A program made the translations under genes and the position numbers. The notes beneath the pieces are model-generated. The model was not told the DNA's origin and ran no database searches. It worked only from the letters and a program-made list of their open reading frames with translations. A stretch of 27,718 nucleotides of DNA from Chloroflexota bacterium (GTDB lineage Bacteria > Chloroflexota > Limnocylindria > Limnocylindrales > CSP1-4): contig JBDTNS010000001.1 of the NCBI GenBank assembly GCA_039933675.1, positions 1 through 27,718 of the forward strand, in the 5' to 3' direction. Below, piece by piece: positions 1-7,258 of the stretch (positions within the stretch are counted from its first letter, which is position 1; every line of letters starts with the position of its first letter).

Positions 1-318
1 CGTCCGGGTGGTGGGTAAGGATGAAGAAGGGGACCGGCCAGGGATTCGTCCCACCCCAACGGTCGGCCGCCTCGAACGTCCCGCGACCACCGATCACGGC
101 ACCGGCACGACCCATCATTTCGTCGAGGTATTGCTTGTCTGCGCGAATGGGCTCGCCGCGCGGCTCCCCGTCGTACGACCACGGCCCGCCGAAGACCCAG
201 TAGTGCAGCTGCTCCGCGCCCTCGCCGCGCCCTCGCCGAGGCCTTTGCCGGGGCGGTCGTCGGGGCCGGTAATGTACCCGTCGAGCGAGGTCGTGATCCC
301 CGCCAGCACCTTGGTCAT
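1..318 (-). pseudogene. Dihydrofolate reductase/RibD C-terminal family protein, frameshifted by an 11-bp tandem duplication; runs off the left edge
   Basis: N-terminus MTKVLAGITTSLDGYITGPDD is typical of the family. Removing one GCGCCCTCGCC copy (216-237) restores GEGAEQLHYWVFGGPWSYDG...GAVIGGRGTFEAADRWGGTNPWPVPFFILTH. Confidence 0.8.
216..237. repeat. 11-bp perfect tandem duplication (GCGCCCTCGCC x2)
   Basis: Read directly: 216-226 and 227-237 are identical. Confidence 0.95.
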
Positions 319-351
319 CGTTCGCTCCCCTTGGTGGTCGGCACGGTCTGC

Positions 352-945
352 CTAGCGCGTCGCGTCGAGCGGCTCGGTGTCGTTCGGACCCATTGCGATG
401 CCGGTCCGCTGCCAGACGGCGTAGGCCGCGACGAGCCCGTCGTCATCGACCGTCAGGTCGGCCTCGAAATCGCCGCTCGAGTAGCGATAGGTGAACTCAT
501 CCAAGCGGGTGTACGTCTGGGCCGCCTTTGCGACGGTCAGCTCGGGAAACCGGATCCAGGCCGCCTTGATCGTAGTCTTGGCTCCAACGCCGAGCCGGAG
601 CCGGCGGACCGGCAGGCTGTTCGTCGACGGGCTGCACCCGAGGTCCACGTCGGTGCACCCCTTGAGCGTTTTCGCGACCGTGCCATCGAGGGTCCAGTTG
701 CCCTTGGCGTCCCGTTCGAGCGTCATCGTGCGCTGCTCGAACCCGCGCAGGTCGCGAACGTGAACGGCGGTCGTCAGCCCGGCCGCATCGGCAAGCACGC
801 GGTACTCGATCCTGACCGGCAGGCCGTCCTCGGCACCGAGGACCGTGCCGACCAGGGAGAGCCCGCCGTCGCGGACCGTCAGGGTGCAATGCTCGTCCGT
901 CGCCACCGCATCGGAACGGCGCCAGGCCACGCGTCTCGTTGTCAA
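352..945 (-). CDS. Putative glycolipid-binding domain protein
   Basis: Motifs DVDLGCSPSTNSLPVRRL, AAWIRFPEL, QTYTRL and LTVDDDGLV. TTG start at 945 chosen because GGAGG lies 8 nt upstream; the ORF track starts at 954. Confidence 0.75.
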   Translation of the reverse strand: MTTRRVAWRRSDAVATDEHCTLTVRDGGLSLVGTVLGAEDGLPVRIEYRVLADAAGLTTAVHVRDLRGFEQRTMTLERDAKGNWTLDGTVAKTLKGCTDVDLGCSPSTNSLPVRRLRLGVGAKTTIKAAWIRFPELTVAKAAQTYTRLDEFTYRYSSGDFEADLTVDDDGLVAAYAVWQRTGIAMGPNDTEPLDATR

Positions 946-1019
946 ACCGATCACCTCCGTCCCGCGGAGGGTACCGCCGCGCGTGCTGCGCTACGTCCCG
1001 GCCACCTCGCCGGGCGACA

Positions 1020-1907
1020 TCAGCACCTGACCGGATGAGGCGTCGGGTGCGCGGCGCTATACGTCGTCTTGGCGATCTTGTAGCGCGACGCCTCGACGAT
1101 GAGCTTCGGATAGGTGCCGTTGGGCCCGGTCGAAGTCTGCAGCCACAACCGTTCACGCAGCAGCGAGAAGACACCCGCCATTGCGTTGGTGGTCTTGCGA
1201 ACCCGGTTGATCCGGTAGTAGGTCACATAGCTCTCAGAGGTCCAGACCTTGACGGTCATCCCGATCAGGCTCGCACCGCTGCGGATCTTCCAGCGGTTCA
1301 GCAGCGGCAGAAACATGCCGGCCCTGGCGTGGGCATAGATGAACGTCACGCCGGGCTCGCGTGGCTGGGCTGTCGACGCGAGATACAGCGCGACACGGCA
1401 CGGCGGGTAGGCGGACGTGCCCCTGATCACCGGGAGATCGATCCCGAGCCCGACGACTGAGACCCGGGTCGCCATGGCGGACGTGAGCACGCCGCAGCGA
1501 ACCGATGTCCCATGCACGATCCGGACGACGAACGTTGGTTTGCGGGCCGCCGGCCAGATCTTGACCATGACCCAGGGATAGAGGTTGTCGGTCCGAGCCA
1601 CGGTCCCGGTCGCGTTGGTCAGGACCGCCTGCGGCTGGGCGACGATCGCGCCGAGGTTGGTGCACGTGCCGCCACGGATCTGGATGTCGTAGACCACGTT
1701 CCGCTGAAGACCCTTGAGGGCGTAGCGGATCGAGCCGACGCCGTTCGTGTACGACTTCAATGTGATCGTGCCGTTGGCCGCATTCGTTCCGAGCCCGGCC
1801 GTCCACGTGCGATGGAGGGTCAGCGCGCTGGCCGATGAGATATCGATCGTGAGGAGCGCCGCGAGCGCAATGACGATCGCGAGACTGCGGCGTGGCTCGG
1901 GTCGCAT
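1020..1907 (-). CDS. Secreted protein with C-terminal sortase-like domain (atypical LQTS catalytic motif)
   Basis: Signal peptide (RRSLAIVIALAALL...ASA). The C-terminal half follows the sortase pattern TRVSVVGLGIDLPV / IYAHAR / LWLQTSTG / KLIVEA. Confidence 0.7.
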   Translation of the reverse strand: MRPEPRRSLAIVIALAALLTIDISSASALTLHRTWTAGLGTNAANGTITLKSYTNGVGSIRYALKGLQRNVVYDIQIRGGTCTNLGAIVAQPQAVLTNATGTVARTDNLYPWVMVKIWPAARKPTFVVRIVHGTSVRCGVLTSAMATRVSVVGLGIDLPVIRGTSAYPPCRVALYLASTAQPREPGVTFIYAHARAGMFLPLLNRWKIRSGASLIGMTVKVWTSESYVTYYRINRVRKTTNAMAGVFSLLRERLWLQTSTGPNGTYPKLIVEASRYKIAKTTYSAAHPTPHPVRC

Positions 1908-1931
1908 GTGGCTTTCCTGTCGGGGTATGAA

Positions 1932-1952
1932 CCGGGCGGTTGATCCGCCCGG
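1932..1952. promoter_or_regulatory. 8-bp GC hairpin in the leader of the sortase-like gene
   Basis: CCGGGCGG-TTGAT-CCGCCCGG read directly; function unknown. Confidence 0.4.
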
Positions 1953-2269
1953 ATCGCGAGGTTAGCCAGCGTGCGGGTACTGCCACAAGGGGGATTGGAC
2001 GGTTCCCGGTGACGTCCGGCAACGTCGCGCTCGGCCGTCACGAGGGATTCGCCGCCCAGACCGTAGCCGAATGCCATCGGGTCGTTGCCCCGATGCGCCG
2101 CGGCGCCAGGAAGCCAGCATTCGTTCACACCCGACGATTGGGGCATGGTTCTATTTGCCAGGGACGCGTACCCTTCGGTCAGGAAGAGTGAAGGTCGTAC
2201 CGTCGCGACGCGTGGCCCTGCGTGGGGAGGGCCGTCAAATGTTGGCCTTCGGCGTACCGGGAGGATTCA

Positions 2270-3376
2270 TTGAAGTTGGGGGCCTGGCGCGCTGCGGCCA
2301 CGGCTGCGCTGCTCGCGATTGCGCTGTCGCCGATCGTCGGCGTCGTGGCGCCCGGCGAGTCCGCGAATGCCGCCGTGTCGAACGCCTCGGACCTGTCGGG
2401 GGCCGGCTACGACATCTCGTGGCCCCAATGCGACGCGCCGTTCCCTGCGAACCCGACCTTTGGGATCGTCGGCGTGAACGCCGGCATCGTCTTCAGCCCG
2501 AACCCCTGCCTCGCCGGCGAGATCGCGTGGGCGGGCGGGACCAGGGCCGGGCTCTACGCGAATACCGGGAATCCCGGCCCAGCTCTCTCGAAGCACTGGC
2601 CGGCCGGTCAGACGATGCCGCGATTCTGCGATCCGGCCAACCTGGACACGTCTGACTGCGCGTACGACTACGGCTACAATGCCGCGGCCGATTCGTACGC
2701 CGATGCGGCCGCCGCCTTTGCCGCCCTGGGGCTGCCAGATTCGCCGGCGAAGAACGTCTGGTGGCTGGACGTCGAGACGTCGAACAGCTGGCGCAGCGAC
2801 ACCTTGCTCAACGTCGCCGACCTCCAGGGCGCGACCGACTATCTCGCATCGGTCGGGGTCACAGCGATCGGCTTCTACTCCACGCAGTACCAGTGGAACG
2901 TGATCACCGGCGGCACCTTCGACTTCGCCGCGCACCCGAGCTGGGTCGCGGGAGGCGCGGACGCGCAGGGCGCGCAGGCGAACTGCACAGGCGCCGGGTT
3001 CACCGGTGGCGGCGTCGCCCTGACGCAATACGTGTCGGGTGGATTCGACCGGGACATCTCCTGCAGCGCGCCCGCCGTGGCCGACTTCTCGCTCACGGTG
3101 AGCCCGCCATCGCAGTCGATCAGACGTGGCGGAACCGCGACCTTTGCCGTGACCCTCTCGCCGATCAACGGATTTGGCGGCCCGGTCGCGCTGAGTCTCA
3201 GCGGACAGCCTTCGAATTCGATCGTGACCTTCACGCCGAACCCAGCGACGTCGAGTGCGACGATGTCAGTCAGGACGGCTCCGTCAGGTGGACGGGGGAC
3301 GTTCACGATGACGATCACCGGGACAAGTGGCAATCTCAGCCACACCGTGACGACAAAGCTGGCCCTCACCAAGTAG
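2270..3376 (+). CDS. Secreted GH25/DUF1906-like glycoside hydrolase with C-terminal Ig-like domain
   Basis: TTG start 5 nt after GGAGG; signal peptide; motifs GYDISWPQC, WWLDVETSNSW, IGFYST, WVAG, LTQY; beta-rich tail starting DFSLTVSPPSQSI. Confidence 0.7.
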   Translation: MKLGAWRAAATAALLAIALSPIVGVVAPGESANAAVSNASDLSGAGYDISWPQCDAPFPANPTFGIVGVNAGIVFSPNPCLAGEIAWAGGTRAGLYANTGNPGPALSKHWPAGQTMPRFCDPANLDTSDCAYDYGYNAAADSYADAAAAFAALGLPDSPAKNVWWLDVETSNSWRSDTLLNVADLQGATDYLASVGVTAIGFYSTQYQWNVITGGTFDFAAHPSWVAGGADAQGAQANCTGAGFTGGGVALTQYVSGGFDRDISCSAPAVADFSLTVSPPSQSIRRGGTATFAVTLSPINGFGGPVALSLSGQPSNSIVTFTPNPATSSATMSVRTAPSGGRGTFTMTITGTSGNLSHTVTTKLALTK

Positions 3377-3380
3377 GTAA

Positions 3381-3404
3381 GGGCACCTACTGCGTGTGGT
3401 GCCC
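3381..3404 (+). terminator. Possible terminator hairpin after the GH25-like gene
   Basis: GGGCACC-N10-GGTGCCC immediately after the stop codon; no U-tract. Confidence 0.3.
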
Positions 3405-3521
3405 GTCTGCGAGTACATTCCGCGTCCGGTTCGCCGCCCCCCAGCAGCGAACCAACCTCGCGCCCGGATGGTCTCGCCCAGAGATGCCCTCCGGGCGCCC
3501 TGCTGTCGGCGACTACTGCTG

Positions 3522-3794
3522 GTGGCGCTCGAGACGAGCCGCGTCGAAGCCTTCAGCGACGGCGTCTTCTCGATCGCGATCACGCTGCTCGTCCTTCCGG
3601 CTGACCGAACCGCTTGTGACCGTCATCGGGTACGGCTCGGGGCGCTCGTCGGCTGGTTCGTGGACCCGTCGATCGCGCTCGTGATCTTCCTCATCTTCCC
3701 GATCCTGTCGGTGCTCCGTGTTCGGAGTCCCGAGCACCAGGCACGCAAAACATCCGGCCCCGATCGCTCGGGAGCCGGATGTCTGTCGCCGTGA
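3522..3794 (+). pseudogene. TMEM175/DUF1211 K+ channel remnant with large internal deletion
   Basis: Signature ETSRVEAFSDGVFSIAITLLVL (3522-3596) is followed almost directly by a C-terminal-type helix (TVIGY in another frame, then GALVGWFVDPSIALVIFLIFP). The middle helices are missing. Confidence 0.75.
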
Positions 3795-3812
3795 GGCGAG
3801 GTGGGGCGGAGG

Positions 3813-4529
3813 TCAGACTGAAAGCTTGGCCGGCTCGAGGACCTTGCCGGTCTGCGGCCGCTTCTCCGTCTCGTGGACCTTCTCGGTCTCGGGCCGAGCG
3901 GCCCAGATCAGGCCGAGGCCGAAGAGGAGGAGCAGGCCGCCCATGGCGCCGGCGATCCCGGCGATGCCGAGACCCATCTGGAGGGCCGAAGCAGTGACGG
4001 TGCCGACACCAAGCTGACCGACGAGGGCGAGCGCGGTGCCTGTCCAGACCTTCTCACGGGCAAGCGCCTCGATCGGGTTGGTGCGATCGAAACCGGTCCA
4101 GTACTTGCCGGTGTTCTGGAACTCGTAGTCCCCGGCCTTGAAGACCTGGCCGTTGGCTGCCGTGACGTCCGCGGGAAGCGTGACGGTCACCTTGGCGTTC
4201 AGGGTGTGCTCCGTGACCGTGGCCATCTGGTACATGTACTCGGTCGCAGTGTTGACGACCGGGTCATTGGGGTTGAGGTCTGCGGCGACGACGGGGTAGC
4301 CCCAGTCGTTCTGGAGCAGGCTCATGATCGCGACTGCGCCTTCGACCTTGCCGCCATCGGTGAGCTGGCCCTGGTCGTTGTACTTGAGGGTGACGTTCTC
4401 GACGGTGCTGAACGCCTGGAGAGACTTGGCGCCCTCCTGCGTCTTGACGAAGGTGTAGCCGCCCACCAGGACGAATGCCAGGCCGGCAACCATGAGGGCT
4501 AGTCCGAGCTTCTTGAACCGTGCAGTCAT
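3813..4529 (-). CDS. Conserved hypothetical membrane protein (N- and C-terminal TM segments, extracytoplasmic core)
   Basis: 238-aa ORF with strong codon bias, N-terminal hydrophobic helix and C-terminal hydrophobic hairpin; AGAAGGGA upstream. Confidence 0.8.
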   Translation of the reverse strand: MTARFKKLGLALMVAGLAFVLVGGYTFVKTQEGAKSLQAFSTVENVTLKYNDQGQLTDGGKVEGAVAIMSLLQNDWGYPVVAADLNPNDPVVNTATEYMYQMATVTEHTLNAKVTVTLPADVTAANGQVFKAGDYEFQNTGKYWTGFDRTNPIEALAREKVWTGTALALVGQLGVGTVTASALQMGLGIAGIAGAMGGLLLLFGLGLIWAARPETEKVHETEKRPQTGKVLEPAKLSV

Positions 4530-4781
4530 TTGAGAATATCCCTTCTCTTACGTCGACCAGCCTCAGGCGCGTTCGCCGGGAGATGCCAGTTCGCACATGA
4601 GGCCCTGGGCCAACAATTGCGGCCATTCAGAGAACCTGTAGGCATAGTCGCCTCGTGACCGCCCCACGGGAATGAGCCACACAGGGCACTATCGCGGGCC
4701 GTTTGGCCCCTTCCGGTGGGGTTCATACTTCCTGCCACCGAACCCGGGGAGTCGTATTTGAGGCGTGGTCCGCCGGCGGGG

Positions 4782-5070
4782 GTGGATACGTACGACATCG
4801 TGGTCGTCGCGGCCGGCACCGCCGGTTGCGTACTGGCGCGACGGCTGGCTGACACGCTGGGTGCGTCAGTCCTCCTGCTCGAGGCTGGACCGGACCTCCG
4901 CCGCCTAACCCCGCCGGAGTGGCACGACGGCCTACGATGCGGCCGGTCGCGTCCACGGGGTGACCGGGCTGCGCGTCGTGGATGCTTCGATCATCCCGAA
5001 CGCCCCATCGGGATTCCCGCAGATCGTGACCCTGATTCTGGCCGAGCGGATTGCCGCGATGCGCGACTAG
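4782..5070 (+). pseudogene. GMC (glucose-methanol-choline) oxidoreductase remnant: N-terminal and C-terminal ends joined
   Basis: 4782-4930 encodes YDIVVVAAGTAGCVLARRL...VLLLEAGPD (FAD-binding start). 4936-5070, in another frame, encodes DAAGRVHGVTGLRVVDASIIP...LAERIA*, the GMC C-terminal signature. Confidence 0.9.
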
Positions 5071-5111
5071 GGTCGATTGGGAGGGCGAGTCCGTTTGGCG
5101 CCTGACGTCGC

Positions 5112-5378
5112 TCATCCGCCTGTGACCTGGTCACCGGCCGCCAGAATCGCGGTTGGCAGCTGGATCGGCATCGAGCGTAACCGGTCGACAAGGATGGCCC
5201 CGATCTGGACCGCGACGGCCAGCCCAAGCTCGTTCGAGGTCGCGAGCGGAAGCGCGGGCAACTCGAGGCGGCTCGTGGCGCAATAGGCGCAGCCGGCGAA
5301 TTCGGCGAGCCGGACGCGGATCTCCGGGTCGTTCCAGACCTCAACAACGGTCGACGGAACGAGGCTGATGGCCGGCAT
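5112..5378 (-). CDS. Small AhpD/carboxymuconolactone decarboxylase-like protein with CxxC, possibly shortened
   Basis: AGGAGG upstream of ATG 5378; RVRLAEFAGCAYC resembles the CMD/AhpD motif; 88 aa is short for the family. Confidence 0.45.
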   Translation of the reverse strand: MPAISLVPSTVVEVWNDPEIRVRLAEFAGCAYCATSRLELPALPLATSNELGLAVAVQIGAILVDRLRSMPIQLPTAILAAGDQVTGG

Positions 5379-5432
5379 TGGTCCTCCTGTGGCGCGGCCC
5401 CATAGCCTGCGGTTCGGGCTGTCTGTTGCCAT

Positions 5433-6572
5433 TCACCGTCCCAGCAGCCGGACCTCTGCGGCGGGGAGCTTCGCCCACCAGTGGGCATACCGACGATAGA
5501 TCGCGGGTTCGCGGTCGGCCAGGAATGCCGTCAGGGCGCGAGCCTCGTTCTCGAGGCCGTCCCACACCTCGTCCGAGAAGGGCTGGAAGGATGTCGCCTC
5601 GATGCCGGCCTCGAGCGGACGCCAGACGCCGGCCACGTACCCGTCGACGAGCAAGGTCGGCAGTACGTCGCCGTTGTTGCGGGTGACGTGGGTTCGATTG
5701 TCCGGCGGGATGATCCGGCTGCGGTCGGCATAGGCGAGGAGCGTACTGTCCCACATGCCCATCAGCCGTGGTGGGGCAGGAGAGTCGCCCGGTGGGAGGA
5801 GGCCACCGGGGACGTCAAACAGGCGCGCGCCGTCCGGGCCATCAAGTGGCACGACCCGGCCGGTCCCGAGGAGGTCGTCCAGCGCACTGCGGATCGGCCC
5901 GACATATTTCGTCGAGAACTGGGCGATGTCCTGGACTGAGGCCGGCCCGAACCCCTCGAGATAGCGCTCGGTCAGCCGTTGCACTGATGCGTCCGGGTCG
6001 CCCGGGCGGGCGTGGTCAGGGGCCGCCACGTACGATGGCCGAGGCCCGAACGACCAGGGCCCTTGTGTCGTCGCGTGGACGAACGGCGCGAACCGGCGCA
6101 GCGCCCACCAGACACTTGCCCTCGGCAGCTCGCCGAGCCGATCGGCGAGCCACGCCTCGATCGTGGCGTTGTTGCGCGGCGTCGCGCCAAATTCCAGGAG
6201 GCCAGGGATCAGGGCCTCGGCTTCGGCCATGGAGAGTCCGGCGCGAGTGAACCGCGGGTCACCCAGGCACGACGCGCGCAGCGACTGCTGCATGGCCTCG
6301 TGGAAAGCCGGGTAATCGACGGCGTCCACGGCATGGAGCGTGATCCGCATCAGCGTCGTCTTGACGACCGAACCGTCCGCGAAGGCCTGGTCGAGCTCAG
6401 CCGGGGCGAAGCCGGCCAGCCGGTTCCAGAGGGCGATGTAGGGCGACGCGGGCTCCTGTGCCTGCAGCGCCACGACCCGATGAACCGCATCGACGACGTC
6501 GAGCCGTTCGCGACGGAGGAGCATCTGCCGCCCGAGCGTCGCTCGATTGAGTTGTCGGGCGGTGAGCGTCAT
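5433..6572 (-). CDS. Winged-helix HTH_42 (AlkZ/YcaQ family) DNA glycosylase-like protein, QxQ type
   Basis: LNRATLGRQMLL, ALQAQEP, TLMRITLH, WDSTLLAYADRSR, PTLLVDGYVAGVW. Confidence 0.85.
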   Translation of the reverse strand: MTLTARQLNRATLGRQMLLRRERLDVVDAVHRVVALQAQEPASPYIALWNRLAGFAPAELDQAFADGSVVKTTLMRITLHAVDAVDYPAFHEAMQQSLRASCLGDPRFTRAGLSMAEAEALIPGLLEFGATPRNNATIEAWLADRLGELPRASVWWALRRFAPFVHATTQGPWSFGPRPSYVAAPDHARPGDPDASVQRLTERYLEGFGPASVQDIAQFSTKYVGPIRSALDDLLGTGRVVPLDGPDGARLFDVPGGLLPPGDSPAPPRLMGMWDSTLLAYADRSRIIPPDNRTHVTRNNGDVLPTLLVDGYVAGVWRPLEAGIEATSFQPFSDEVWDGLENEARALTAFLADREPAIYRRYAHWWAKLPAAEVRLLGR

Positions 6573-6589
6573 GCGGAACTACCGGCCAC

Positions 6590-6961
6590 TCACGAAGGGT
6601 CGTTGTCCGCCTGGGGAACAGGAAGGCCGGTGTGCGGATCAAGGACCTGGACGTCGTCAAACGGAAACCGGTCGAGCGCCTCGTAGTGGGTGATGATCAG
6701 GTCTGCAACGAGCTCATCGGTGCCGGGCAACAGCCGCGGCTCGCTCAGGCGGCCACCGGTCCAGGCCCAGACGTCGCCCGGCGTCTCCCATTCCTCGAAC
6801 AGGACGACCTCCTCGCCGAACTGCTCGTCGAGGCGCCGGGCGAGCTTCGCGTACACGAGCCCGGGCTGTGTTCGGAGCTCCGCGAGCTGGGCGCGGAGGA
6901 GATCGTTGAACTTGCCCGTGTTCTGCTGCTCGACGCGCGCGGTCAGCACGCGGACGATCAT
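6590..6961 (-). CDS. ABM-like (dimeric alpha+beta barrel) protein
   Basis: Pattern QPGLVYAKLARR...EVVLFEEWET...HYE. Start moved to ATG 6961 (MIVRVL), which overlaps an upstream TGA. Confidence 0.6.
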   Translation of the reverse strand: MIVRVLTARVEQQNTGKFNDLLRAQLAELRTQPGLVYAKLARRLDEQFGEEVVLFEEWETPGDVWAWTGGRLSEPRLLPGTDELVADLIITHYEALDRFPFDDVQVLDPHTGLPVPQADNDPS

Positions 6962-6996
6962 CGACGGCCCTTGAGTGTGAACATCGTCTCGGACAC
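6958..6996 (-). other. 12-codon upstream ORF (MSETMFTLKGRR) coupled to the ABM-like gene
   Basis: AAGGAG 8 nt before GTG 6996; its TGA overlaps the ATG of the next gene (ATGA). Confidence 0.35.
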
Positions 6997-7160
6997 GACA
7001 TCGTCTCCTTCGTGGTGCCACAGGATGACAGGTCGGAGGGATGCACCCCCGGGTTCGGAACGGCGTCGGCATGCACGACCCGAGGTTTCGTGGTGCGTGT
7101 CAAGCCCGGGCCCGCGACGACACCGTTGTGGTCCGCACGACATGCCGAAGGAGCTCCCTG

Positions 7161-7258
7161 ATGAGTATCGAAACCAACAAGTCAGTTATCAGGGATCTGT
7201 TCGATGAAGTCTGGGGGAAGGGAGACATTACCGCCGCCGCCCGCTTCTATGGGGAGTC
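7161..7258 (+). pseudogene. 5' stub of a SnoaL-like ester cyclase gene
   Basis: GAAGGAG then MSIETNKSVIRDLFDEVWGKGDITAAARFY, a classic SnoaL N-terminus. Similarity stops at the stop codon of the convergent gene. Confidence 0.7.
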
